From a virus (Duplodnaviria > Caudoviricetes), in IMG/VR virus record IMGVR_UViG_3300037067_017580, positions 1 through 64,000 of that record: a stretch of DNA of 64,000 nucleotides, one strand, 5' to 3'. Within the stretch, counting starts at the first letter, position 1, and the number at the start of each line of letters is the position of its first letter. The notes below the pieces were generated by a model. It was not told the DNA's origin, did not search any database, and saw only the letters and a list, made by a program, of their open reading frames with translations. Below, piece by piece: positions 23,947-33,309 of the stretch. Both the position numbers and the translations under genes were made by a program.

Positions 23947-24984
23947 ATGAAAAATAAAACAATTTTACTTACCGGGGCTTCTGGAATGCTCGGTTCATCC
24001 ATAAAAGAAGAGCTTGCCAGCCGTGGCTATAAAAATGTTCTAACCCCGACTTCCAAAGAACTTGATTTAATGTCACACTATCTCACATCTAAGTATGTTA
24101 TACAAAATAATCCAGAAATTATTATACACTGTGCAGCAAAAGTGGGCGGGATCGTTAATAATATTACCAACGCCGATGATTTTTATAATATAAATTTTAC
24201 AATGCAAAACAATATAATTAAGGCTTCTTATGCGCAAAGAGTAAAAGAATTCTACTTTATGTCTAGTTCGTGCTGTTACCCTGTGGATTGCTCCCAACCT
24301 ATGAAAGAACAAGACATCTACGAAGGAGAACCAGAACCCACAAACGCTAAATACGCCATAGCAAAGCGCAAAGGGATGATTCTACTTGAAGATTTGACAA
24401 AACTAAGCGAGATTATAAATTTTAAGGCTTTAAATATCTGTTTATGTAATCTTTTTGGCAAAGAAAAAGAATTTGACCCCGCGAAGTGCCACGTAATTCC
24501 AGCACTAATTAAAAAACTATATGACGCAAAAACAAATAATCTTCCAGGTTTAGATGTTTTAGGGACGGGAAACGCCGAAAGAGAGTTTTTATATGTTGAA
24601 GATGCCGCTAGAATTATTGTAGATATTATTGAAAAGAGGATTATAGATAAAGAAATATACATAAATGTAGGGCGCGGGCAGGCAATTTCGATAAAACAAT
24701 TAGTGTTTCTTCTCAAAGAAATTGTGGGATATCAGGGAGAAATAAATTTTACTGGTAAAACCGAAGGAATTAAGCAAAAACTTCTTGACATTAGCCGACT
24801 ATTATCGTATAATATAAAATTAGATAATGCAACGATGGATGAAAATATGTATATGAGCTATTATCTTAAAAAAACATATGAAAACTTTTTAGTGAAGACA
24901 AAATTTTCCTTTCCTGGAATGAAAAAAGGAATAGTAAATATTATTGGAGCGCGTTCTGGTGTAGGGAAATCTTATTATCGGTAA
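23947..24984 (+). CDS. fcl: GDP-L-fucose synthase / GDP-colitose synthase (Fcl/ColC-type SDR)
   Basis: TGASGMLG, AAKVGGI, SSCCYP, YAIAK, NLFG, HVIPALI, REFLYVED. Confidence 0.88.
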   Translation: MKNKTILLTGASGMLGSSIKEELASRGYKNVLTPTSKELDLMSHYLTSKYVIQNNPEIIIHCAAKVGGIVNNITNADDFYNINFTMQNNIIKASYAQRVKEFYFMSSSCCYPVDCSQPMKEQDIYEGEPEPTNAKYAIAKRKGMILLEDLTKLSEIINFKALNICLCNLFGKEKEFDPAKCHVIPALIKKLYDAKTNNLPGLDVLGTGNAEREFLYVEDAARIIVDIIEKRIIDKEIYINVGRGQAISIKQLVFLLKEIVGYQGEINFTGKTEGIKQKLLDISRLLSYNIKLDNATMDENMYMSYYLKKTYENFLVKTKFSFPGMKKGIVNIIGARSGVGKSYYR

Positions 24985-24990
24985 AAAAAA

Positions 24991-25545
24991 ATGAAAACAA
25001 AAGCAAAATTAGAAATTTTAAGCGCGTTATTATCATTCCCAACTATAAGCCAAAAAGATTGGGAAAGTGATATTTTTCATTCAGAAGTTAAAAAAGGGGA
25101 TTTAGTTTCTATAAATTGTGCCAGCCCTTCAAAATGGTATTTATCATGGGTAATAGACATCAATGATAATAATTGTTATCCTAAATATTTACTTGAAAGT
25201 ATTGAAGACGGAGAATCTTGTTGGTGGGATAATATAGGGATAAATATATATGATAGAGAAAAAGTAAACAGAAATCCAAAATGGAAATGGGATGATAAAC
25301 AATTTGGCTTTAACGAAAAGTGGAATAAGGTATGTTATAAAATAAACGATGCATATATTATGCTGCCTGAGTTACCAATATTTAATCAAGATGGTTCAGT
25401 AATATTAAATGTTAGAATTAGATTTTATTTAAATAATTTTAATAATCCCCAAGTTTTTAAAAATTGGAAAAATCTATCTACAAAAGAAATAGACTTATAT
25501 TATAAAGAAAGTTTAAAAAAATATGAATCTACAAAAGTTAGTTGA
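24991..25545 (+). CDS. Hypothetical protein
   Basis: 184 aa ORF. Confidence 0.7.
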   Translation: MKTKAKLEILSALLSFPTISQKDWESDIFHSEVKKGDLVSINCASPSKWYLSWVIDINDNNCYPKYLLESIEDGESCWWDNIGINIYDREKVNRNPKWKWDDKQFGFNEKWNKVCYKINDAYIMLPELPIFNQDGSVILNVRIRFYLNNFNNPQVFKNWKNLSTKEIDLYYKESLKKYESTKVS

Positions 25546-26407
25546 TAAAAAACTTATATTTCCGCCTAATTGGCTCCCATCAAATGTCCATTATTTAGCC
25601 ATAACTGGAAGCAAAGCATATGGTTGCCATCAAAATAATAAATCCGATGATGATATCGTAGGATGGTGTTTTCCTCGAAAAGAAACTGTTTTCCCTCATT
25701 TAAATGGATATATTCATGGATTTGGCAATCCTCCAGAAAGCTTTGAGGTTTGGCAACAGCACCATGTAAAAGACGACCAAAAACAATATGATTTCACCAT
25801 ATATAGTATTATTAAATTTGTTCAACTTTGTATGAAGAATAATGCAAATATTTTAGACGTTTTATTTGTGCCGCAACAATGTGTTATCCATTGCACCCAA
25901 ACGGCACAAATACTTAGAGATAGAAGAAAAGAATTTTTACACAAAGGAGCATATTCTTCTTTTCGCGGATATTCGTTTTCACAAATGAATAAAATGGCAA
26001 CAAAAAATCCAAAAGAAGGTTCTAATAGATATGAAGATATAAAAATAAACAAATGGGACAGAAAGTATGGTTACCATCTAGTAAGACTTCTCTTAGAATG
26101 TGAACAAATATTAGCTACTGGCGACTTAGACCTTCAACGAGATAGTGAAACATATAAAGCTATTCGGCGGGGCGACTGGACTGAACAACAAGTAAGAGAT
26201 TTCTTTGCTCAAAAAGAGAAATATCTTGAAGAACTTTATCAAAAAAGCACTCTTCCACATCGGCCAAATGAAGACAAAATAAAAGAAATACTTCTACAGG
26301 TGTTAGAACAGCATTATGGAAGCTTAGAAAAAGCAATAACTTTGCCAGAAAAAGAAAGTATTTATTTAAAACAAATTGGTGACGCAATAAGAAAACTTGG
26401 GTATTAA
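25523..26407 (+). CDS. Predicted nucleotidyltransferase (Pol-beta superfamily, YcgL-like)
   Basis: ITGSKAYG..SDDDIVG; HLVRLL..C.QIL..G. Confidence 0.8.
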   Translation: MNLQKLVDKKLIFPPNWLPSNVHYLAITGSKAYGCHQNNKSDDDIVGWCFPRKETVFPHLNGYIHGFGNPPESFEVWQQHHVKDDQKQYDFTIYSIIKFVQLCMKNNANILDVLFVPQQCVIHCTQTAQILRDRRKEFLHKGAYSSFRGYSFSQMNKMATKNPKEGSNRYEDIKINKWDRKYGYHLVRLLLECEQILATGDLDLQRDSETYKAIRRGDWTEQQVRDFFAQKEKYLEELYQKSTLPHRPNEDKIKEILLQVLEQHYGSLEKAITLPEKESIYLKQIGDAIRKLGY

Positions 26408-26426
26408 CAATTATAGGAGAAAACAA

Positions 26427-26687
26427 ATGGATGATAGTCACGAATCAGATTATCAAAGCTACGCCGATTGGTACGATAATGGCCCCGGAAGTGAAAAAGC
26501 CATCAGGGAATCTAAAAAAAGTTCAGCCGAGTACCATAAAAATAATCCAACTTTTATTTTATCAAAAGATCAGCTTGATTATTACAAAAAAATAGAAAAA
26601 GAACACAAAAAACTTAAAAGAAAAATTAAAATTAACAGAAAACAGAGAAAAAATAAGAAAAACTATTTTAAATTAGGAACAAAATAA
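26427..26687 (+). CDS. Hypothetical protein with basic C-terminus
   Basis: AGGAG RBS. Confidence 0.6.
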   Translation: MDDSHESDYQSYADWYDNGPGSEKAIRESKKSSAEYHKNNPTFILSKDQLDYYKKIEKEHKKLKRKIKINRKQRKNKKNYFKLGTK

Positions 26688-26690
26688 CCT

Positions 26691-26951
26691 ATGATTTATA
26701 AAATATTATTATGGGCTAATAAAGAAAGATGTGATTTAGATGGATACCAACAACAAATAGAGGTACTTCTTGAGGAAAAACATATATATTCGTGGTATTC
26801 TGAAAAATTTGAAAATAATCCACCGGAAATAAATATTTTTTTTAATATTCCTGTAATGAAAAAAGAAGTTAGTGCTGCTTCTCCTCATCTAGCAGTAGTA
26901 AAATTTCTAAGATGGTATAGCAATGGATTATCAGAAAGTTATTTGGATTAA
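26691..26951 (+). CDS. Hypothetical protein
   Basis: Operon packing. Confidence 0.6.
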   Translation: MIYKILLWANKERCDLDGYQQQIEVLLEEKHIYSWYSEKFENNPPEINIFFNIPVMKKEVSAASPHLAVVKFLRWYSNGLSESYLD

Positions 26952-26972
26952 ATTACAAAAAGGGAATTAAAG

Positions 26973-27245
26973 ATGATTAATTGGATTAAAACAATAGAAA
27001 AATTACCAAGTGCGGGAATATCAGTATTAGTTTATGATATTGATAAGAATGATATATTTATATGCAAAATAGTTAATTATGGAAGTAGCCCAACAAATAA
27101 TTATATGTGGTTTTTATTTACAAAACAAGAACAAGCTTCTCTTGAACATTATCCTCTTTGGACAAAAATTCCAGATAATCCCCAAGAAATAATAGAACTT
27201 AAAAAATATCTTCAAGAAAAAGACATTTCTTTAAAAATAGAATAA
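26973..27245 (+). CDS. DUF551-like phage protein
   Basis: WIKTIEKLP...VLVY...W..IP. Confidence 0.6.
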   Translation: MINWIKTIEKLPSAGISVLVYDIDKNDIFICKIVNYGSSPTNNYMWFLFTKQEQASLEHYPLWTKIPDNPQEIIELKKYLQEKDISLKIE

Positions 27246-27256
27246 GGAGAACACTT

Positions 27257-27421
27257 TTGAGCGGCGAAATACAAATAAAGTGCAATCAGTGCGGTAAAGA
27301 ATTTGAAACAACAAAATATGGCGTAAAAGAACAAAAAATAGAATGTATTAATTGTGGGTCAGAAGATGTTGAGACTATAGAAAGTAAAAAGAAAAAGGTA
27401 AATAAAAATGAGTTTATTTGA
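27257..27421 (+). CDS. FmdB-like Zn-ribbon protein
   Basis: AAGGAG plus TTG; CNQCGKEFE...CINCGSEDV; not in the track. Confidence 0.65.
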   Translation: MSGEIQIKCNQCGKEFETTKYGVKEQKIECINCGSEDVETIESKKKKVNKNEFI

Positions 27422-27514
27422 TATATTGACCTGTATTAATTTTACATGTTTAATTATTATACTTATTTGTAGTATTATTAATATAATAAACATCACTAAC
27501 CGGAGTAAAAAATA

Positions 27515-27901
27515 ATGCCTACGACATGTCCAGTTTGTGGCCGCGAAATTAATGTAACTGAACACATATGTTCTTGTGGCGCTCATGTTCGCACAATTCG
27601 AGCCGAAGCTGTAGTTAGAATGTTAGAAGGGGCTAATGCTGGTTGGAAAAAATTAGCAGAAATACAAGACACAAAAATTGAAAAATTAGAACAATTAGTG
27701 ACTAAATATCGAATGGCGTTGGAACTTATTATAAAACATCAGGCGCTATTCGCAGACGAAATCGGAGACGCATCTGGAGTCACTATGATTGCAAAAGAAG
27801 CACTTGAAAAATGTGGAAAAAATGAGATTCGCGCTTGTTCTTATGGAATGCTGTCTGACGCCGATAGGTTAATTCTTGCTAAACAAGCCCTTAAAACTTA
27901 A
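27515..27901 (+). CDS. Zn-ribbon plus coiled-coil hypothetical protein
   Basis: CPVCG..CSCG; GGAG RBS; last + strand gene. Confidence 0.7.
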   Translation: MPTTCPVCGREINVTEHICSCGAHVRTIRAEAVVRMLEGANAGWKKLAEIQDTKIEKLEQLVTKYRMALELIIKHQALFADEIGDASGVTMIAKEALEKCGKNEIRACSYGMLSDADRLILAKQALKT

Positions 27902-29160
27902 TTGACGCTTAAAGACCCATTCCATACCTCAAAAGAATGGGTTTTCCTCTCGCTTTCTTTGTATAAAACAACAAATGTCATAACATCCCATGTGACAAAT
28001 TTGTTTTTATCTTCATCAAACTTAGTCTTGGTGTGGACTCTTCTCCATGTCCCGGTGTTAAAATACATTAAATTTTTATTATTTATTACATTTAATGGTT
28101 CAATAACCGGATAATGAGTATGTCCATAAACAACGTGGCTGATTCCCTCTCTCAGTAATTCGCTTTCTGTTATGGCATTTTTATAATATTCATCAGAGCT
28201 TTTTATTATCTTTTCTAAAGATATTCTGTTTATTACCTGAAGTGGCAAAACAGTTGATATTCCTAGCCCGATTTGAAGAGCATCTACTGCATCCCACCTT
28301 AAAAATCTATCATGGTCAGAAACAAATGGTATTCTCAAAAATTTTTTAGCTAAATCATTCCAAATATCTTTAACATTATTTAATATTTTTTTACCATAAG
28401 GATTACAAACTCCGAGTATCCAATCAGGAATATTTGACATCGGGCGGACATTATCTATCTCGCAGAGGTCGTTTATTAACTTTGAAGGGGCGTCAGATAA
28501 TTCGTCCCATACTCGAAAAGGAAAACTATTTAAAAGGTCAATTACAATAGCGTCTCCAAGAGAGGATTTCTTCCTATCTCCTTCATAGTTAAACTGGTCA
28601 TAAATATCTCCATGCCGGGCAATAACTCCATGCTCAAAATCAATCATATTGTCTTTAAAGACAATGCTTGAACAGTCTTTATCCAACAATAAAAAGTTTT
28701 CTGCCATTTTTCTGCACATTAATGTTTTATTTACCAACCAATCATGATTACCAATCAAATAAGAAAATCTTATATTTATACCAACTAACAAAAATTTTTG
28801 TTTAAGTTGCTCAAGAATATTATGGATTTCATCATTTTTTTGATTTGAGCAAATTTTTCTCATTATCCGTGTAGAATATTCATCAAGTCCATTCCCCTCT
28901 ATATCTTTTTCGCCATCTATATTCCAAGGGCGGACAATCCCTATATTTTTACCATCACTTGCAATATTTTTATTGTTAGTCCAATAACTAGACCGAATTA
29001 TATCAAATATATCACCTAAAAAAACGACTTCCACATCTTTTGCGGAAGCCTTCTTAGCCATTATAAAAAGTTGCTCCGAGAACTTCTCAAAAGCCCCCGG
29101 ATTTATGGTGTTCCCGCATGTCCCATCAGTCAGGTGTATATCTGATAAAAAAACAAGCAT
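27898..29160 (-). CDS. Calcineurin-like metallophosphoesterase (420 aa)
   Basis: SDIHL, LGDIFD, GNHD, HGD, GHTH. Confidence 0.88.
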   Translation of the reverse strand: MLVFLSDIHLTDGTCGNTINPGAFEKFSEQLFIMAKKASAKDVEVVFLGDIFDIIRSSYWTNNKNIASDGKNIGIVRPWNIDGEKDIEGNGLDEYSTRIMRKICSNQKNDEIHNILEQLKQKFLLVGINIRFSYLIGNHDWLVNKTLMCRKMAENFLLLDKDCSSIVFKDNMIDFEHGVIARHGDIYDQFNYEGDRKKSSLGDAIVIDLLNSFPFRVWDELSDAPSKLINDLCEIDNVRPMSNIPDWILGVCNPYGKKILNNVKDIWNDLAKKFLRIPFVSDHDRFLRWDAVDALQIGLGISTVLPLQVINRISLEKIIKSSDEYYKNAITESELLREGISHVVYGHTHYPVIEPLNVINNKNLMYFNTGTWRRVHTKTKFDEDKNKFVTWDVMTFVVLYKESERKTHSFEVWNGSLSVN

Positions 29161-29161
29161 T

Positions 29162-29674
29162 TTATGCCTTTTCTAATAGCTTTTCGGCCCCTTTTTCTAT
29201 TCTTTCTAAAATATTAAATACTGTTTGTATACTTATATTGTTTTCATGTGCTATTCTTTTAGTATTTACACCATCTGAATACATATTGAAAACTTTTCTA
29301 TCTCTTTCTTGACAATTTTTAGAAATAATATCTTTAATTTTATTATATTTGGAATAAAAGTACTCACCCCGATCATCAGATCTTATCATTTGCTGTCTAA
29401 AAATATATCCATCATGGTCGAACCTTTTATATTCGGCTTTATTATAACATATTTTTGTTTTAAAACTTTTGCGTAAACACGAATTAAGATAGGTAGTAAA
29501 TTTAACATTGCGTGATGGGTCAAATCTCTTAATAGAATCTAAAAGTATAAAATATGCCTCTTGCTTTAAATCATCTGCATTTTCTTTGTTTTTTGTGATA
29601 TTATAAGCTAATTGGCATATCATTTTAATATTTGATAAATATAGTTGTTCGGCATTTTCTATAGATATTTGCAT
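29162..29674 (-). CDS. Phage sigma70-family (ECF-sized) sigma factor
   Basis: Region 2 ADDLKQEAY...RFDPSRNVKFTTY; region 4 HTH KRIAHENNISIQTV. Confidence 0.82.
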   Translation of the reverse strand: MQISIENAEQLYLSNIKMICQLAYNITKNKENADDLKQEAYFILLDSIKRFDPSRNVKFTTYLNSCLRKSFKTKICYNKAEYKRFDHDGYIFRQQMIRSDDRGEYFYSKYNKIKDIISKNCQERDRKVFNMYSDGVNTKRIAHENNISIQTVFNILERIEKGAEKLLEKA

Positions 29675-29889
29675 TATAATCCTTTTGTTAAAACATCAAG
29701 CCTTTGTTTTGAAAAACTTTGTTCAAAATCAGGAAAATATTTACTATCCTCAACTCCTTCGATATATGCTTGCTTAACAAGTTCTCTCATTGTTTTTGTA
29801 TATTCGACAAAAGAATCTTGTAATCTGTCTAGCTCTCTCCCTGCTTTAAAATTATTTATCAATTGCGTCCTTATCTTTTCAGCCAGCAT
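29674..29889 (-). CDS. Hypothetical protein
   Basis: Operon packing. Confidence 0.6.
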   Translation of the reverse strand: MLAEKIRTQLINNFKAGRELDRLQDSFVEYTKTMRELVKQAYIEGVEDSKYFPDFEQSFSKQRLDVLTKGL

Positions 29890-30112
29890 GTTCTATAACT
29901 CCTCCACAATATGGACAAAATTTCCACTTTCCCGGAATAATAAAAGTTTTTCTACCGCATCCGGTTTGATGTCCACGATCTTGTTTAATATATTTACAAA
30001 TTGTACTTGCCCTACTCATAATTATTTTATCACCTTTAAACCATCCATTTTCTTTGAAATCTTCAATATTTATATTATCACCTTCTCCTGTTCTTGGATT
30101 TCCTATAACCAT
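29879..30112 (-). CDS. Small Zn-ribbon protein
   Basis: GCG...KFCPYCG. Confidence 0.6.
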   Translation of the reverse strand: MVIGNPRTGEGDNINIEDFKENGWFKGDKIIMSRASTICKYIKQDRGHQTGCGRKTFIIPGKWKFCPYCGGVIEHAG

Positions 30113-30366
30113 TTTAAATTAATCCTTCTTCCTTTTAAAACATTTACCTCACCACCATCGGTTATTAAATCATCCACACAACGATTGATTTTTATACCAT
30201 TTTCCTTTAAATATTCGTCTCTGTCTCTTTTTGCCATGCTTTTGCTCCAGCAGTGTTCCCATGAACTATAATTGTATCTATCGTTACCACAAGAAAATCC
30301 CTCTGTAAAAGCATCTTTTACTTTTTGTTGCCAATATTCTATTATTTTAAATTCTTTTTTAGTCAT
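30103..30366 (-). CDS. Hypothetical protein
   Basis: Start at MTKKEFK. Confidence 0.6.
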   Translation of the reverse strand: MTKKEFKIIEYWQQKVKDAFTEGFSCGNDRYNYSSWEHCWSKSMAKRDRDEYLKENGIKINRCVDDLITDGGEVNVLKGRRINLKWL

Positions 30367-30532
30367 TTTCTTTATCACTAATATTATAATACATCCATCC
30401 AAGACTACCCCCTCCACGTATTAAACTTCTTCCACAGCGGAGACATGTTATTTTTTTTGTATTCTTAAATCCGTGGATATTATATTCTTTGTCTTTGTGT
30501 CCGAAGATATAACATAATAGTTTTTTAATCAT
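30359..30532 (-). CDS. DUF1660-like small phage protein
   Basis: KLLCYIFGHK...CLRCG. Confidence 0.65.
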   Translation of the reverse strand: MIKKLLCYIFGHKDKEYNIHGFKNTKKITCLRCGRSLIRGGGSLGWMYYNISDKEND

Positions 30533-30956
30533 AATCTTCTTCATCTCCTTCTGGCTTATTTTTTTCAAAATAATCTTCAATTTTTAGAATTATAGTATCA
30601 GGGATAGATGCTTTTCTAAGTTTTTCTTGCCAACCAATAATCGGAGAATCTCCACCTCTGTCTTCTTCTCCGATATAAAAATTAGGGGGATTAGAGTATA
30701 CTCTTACTCCATCAATTATAATACTTGTCCAAACATATAGAGGGTCATCACTATAAAGTCTACTCCCATGTTCAATTTCTACATTATTAACTTTATTATT
30801 GATTTTTGTAGAACAAAATCTAATTGTGTCTCTATCTCTATATCTTTTAATGTCTGGATAATCTCCTTGGATTAGATTCAAAAGAACCTCATATTCTTTT
30901 GCTTTTTCAAGTGCTTCTTTTTTTCTCATATCAATATAAAATTCTTCGTTATTCAT
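30525..30956 (-). CDS. Hypothetical protein
   Basis: GGAG RBS. Confidence 0.65.
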   Translation of the reverse strand: MNNEEFYIDMRKKEALEKAKEYEVLLNLIQGDYPDIKRYRDRDTIRFCSTKINNKVNNVEIEHGSRLYSDDPLYVWTSIIIDGVRVYSNPPNFYIGEEDRGGDSPIIGWQEKLRKASIPDTIILKIEDYFEKNKPEGDEEDYD

Positions 30957-31255
30957 AATTTTCTCCAAATAGTTCCATCTTTTGTGTCGTGTATTTTTAT
31001 TCCGGCACTTAATAAATCTTCTCTTATAGAATCTGCGATGATATATTGTTTTTGTTCTTTGGCTATTTTTCTTATATCAACTAATGTATCTATAATATTA
31101 TTTATATTATCTTTTTTTAAACCAGTTGATTCACAACAGTGTTCGGCAACAGAATATCCATAGCGTATAAAAATATATAACAAACACTCTTTGTCTACTG
31201 CTCTATATTCTAAAAATTTATAAATAATATTTACTATATTTTTATTATATGCCAT
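30953..31255 (-). CDS. Stand-alone protein with a CysRS C-terminal-like domain
   Basis: IDTLVDIRKIAKEQKQYIIADSIREDLLSAGIKIHDTKDGTIWR. Confidence 0.65.
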   Translation of the reverse strand: MAYNKNIVNIIYKFLEYRAVDKECLLYIFIRYGYSVAEHCCESTGLKKDNINNIIDTLVDIRKIAKEQKQYIIADSIREDLLSAGIKIHDTKDGTIWRKL

Positions 31256-31357
31256 TATTTCTCTTTAAATAATTTAAATTTTTATTAATAAAATTAATTT
31301 TAAAAATAAGCTCTAAACACTTAATAAATAATAAATTATAATATAATTTAAACATTT

Positions 31358-31561
31358 TTATAACCACTTCTTACACGATAGACAATAATGTTGATATATT
31401 TGTTCGCTATAGTTCCAGCCCAAAGGAGCTTTTCCACCACAGATATAACAAATATCTGCTTTAACTAAAAGAAACTTTTTAAGTTTAAAAATTTCCATGT
31501 CTTTTAGCTCACATTGGCATTTTAAAAATTTTAATATTAGTTTTTTTATCAGCCGAACCAT
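31358..31561 (-). CDS. Small Cys-rich protein
   Basis: CYIC...CLSC. Confidence 0.5.
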   Translation of the reverse strand: MVRLIKKLILKFLKCQCELKDMEIFKLKKFLLVKADICYICGGKAPLGWNYSEQIYQHYCLSCKKWL

Positions 31562-31851
31562 TTTTTAATTCCTTGATTTAAATAGCTATCTGAATCCACA
31601 ATATAAAAATTAGGATCAGGAATCTTTTTAGCTCTTTTTTCTCTAATTATTTTGCGTGCCTGTATGCGCTTATTTTTTCTTTTATCTTGTTTTTTAGAAA
31701 AAGAACCATTAATAAGCATAGAATTATTTATAATAATATCGTATCCAGAAAAATAAGAAGACAAACTACAAGACTCGCCAATCAATCCTTCTGCTCTTGC
31801 TTGGGTAATTAATTTATTTATTGTTTGAGAATGCCCAACTATTTGTTTCAT
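31549..31851 (-). CDS. Hypothetical basic protein
   Basis: ATGA overlap with GT11. Confidence 0.55.
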   Translation of the reverse strand: MKQIVGHSQTINKLITQARAEGLIGESCSLSSYFSGYDIIINNSMLINGSFSKKQDKRKNKRIQARKIIREKRAKKIPDPNFYIVDSDSYLNQGIKKWFG

Positions 31852-32612
31852 ATTTTTATCCACCTTTCAGGGACAATATCTGTTTTAGCCCCATCGGCGT
31901 ACCATTTTCCGGGACAAATAACCACGGCATTTTTATTCTTATTCAGCCATGCCCCCCACCAAGAAAATGTAGAATTTGCTATAATATGAGCGTCACACAT
32001 TGACATTTGTATAACTTCTACATAATCCGGCTTATTTTCTGCAAAGGTAAAGGTATAATTACCAAAATTAAAGTTTTCTTTACACCATTTTACGTCATTA
32101 GAAAAAACAAGAAATGATTTGATGTTTGTTTTTGAATTTACTATTTCTATTGCCTTTTTATAGTATTCCAGAGATAAGCAACCGTGCCGTTTGATATTTA
32201 CCGGACTAAGATAGTCGCCACGGCGGACATGAAGACTGCAACAATGTTGACTTGGCATTATTAATGATCTTTTTACATCTAAATCAAGTCTAAAATCTTC
32301 ATATATTGAGTTTTTGATGTGTTTAAAATAGTTTTCATTTTGAAAATAACCGTAAATTCTTTCTCCGTCTTTGATATTAAAAAACTTATCGTTATACATC
32401 AGCCCGATGTCTTGAAGTCTATTTTTAGGAGTTTCAAACTCTCCTTTATAATCTCTAAGTTTAAAACTGGGCAAACTATATGGATGGAGATAATCTCTTG
32501 AGTTGCTTAAAATAAGAGCCAATTCTGTGTTGTGACTTTGTGCCAAGGCAAGTCCAGCGGCATATTGGAACATTTGGTTGCCAAGCCCGCCACAAATATC
32601 AACATAAATCAT
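31848..32612 (-). CDS. GT11 alpha-1,2-fucosyl(colitosyl)transferase
   Basis: GGLGNQMFQYA, GYFQNE, HVRRGDY, FSND, ANSTFSWWGAWL. Confidence 0.93.
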   Translation of the reverse strand: MIYVDICGGLGNQMFQYAAGLALAQSHNTELALILSNSRDYLHPYSLPSFKLRDYKGEFETPKNRLQDIGLMYNDKFFNIKDGERIYGYFQNENYFKHIKNSIYEDFRLDLDVKRSLIMPSQHCCSLHVRRGDYLSPVNIKRHGCLSLEYYKKAIEIVNSKTNIKSFLVFSNDVKWCKENFNFGNYTFTFAENKPDYVEVIQMSMCDAHIIANSTFSWWGAWLNKNKNAVVICPGKWYADGAKTDIVPERWIKI

Positions 32613-33082
32613 TTTAATTCTCCAATATTTTTAATAATTTCTACTATTTCTTCTCTAGTTTCTTTATTTATAAACATTTTATTTTTGTTTTTTTCATAAA
32701 ACTTATCATAATCGGCCACTCCATATCTTGTTTTTTCAGCCGCGCACCAATCTGCCATCATTTCTAGTAAATACTTTTTAGGAATTTTTAATGGAAAAAA
32801 ATCTCCATTATCAAAATACATTATCCAATATTGCCAATGATGTTTATTGTTTCTTTGGTGCTCTAACCAGCCATAATTATCTACTTCTTTTGATTCTTCT
32901 TTCCTTTTATCTTTGGTATAAAAAGTTTTTATGTAATACAAATATTCTGTCAGACTAAATATTTTACTTAAATCATGTAGAATAATATTTATTATTGGAA
33001 CTTTAAAAATAATTCCATAATGAAAAACATAATATTTATGAATAATTAAATATTTTATAAAATTAATAACTTTTTTAAACAT
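32609..33082 (-). CDS. HD-like domain protein (DUF5662-like)
   Basis: HDLSK, NKHHWQYW, EMMADW. Confidence 0.7.
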   Translation of the reverse strand: MFKKVINFIKYLIIHKYYVFHYGIIFKVPIINIILHDLSKIFSLTEYLYYIKTFYTKDKRKEESKEVDNYGWLEHQRNNKHHWQYWIMYFDNGDFFPLKIPKKYLLEMMADWCAAEKTRYGVADYDKFYEKNKNKMFINKETREEIVEIIKNIGELK

Positions 33083-33309
33083 TCTTTTCCCATTTTAATA
33101 TTTCTTCATATTTAAGATTTTTATAATTTTTAAACCAACATGTCATTTTTGCTTGCTCTTATCGAAGGTTTTAACAAATAAAATTCCACTTGATGCCACT
33201 TCTTCTATCTTTTTAGCCGCATCTAGTCCATATCTGTTGTGATCTGAAAGCTCTTTAATTGCAATAAATAGATTTAATAGTTCCTGTGTTTCTTTTGTCA
33301 TTGTCTCTC

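Noticed and set aside
24785-24813. TTGACA-N17-TATAAT inside the fcl/colC gene
   Set aside because: It is within coding sequence (LLDISRLLSYN) with a spacer unlike the intergenic set; it may be real but cannot be supported from sequence alone.
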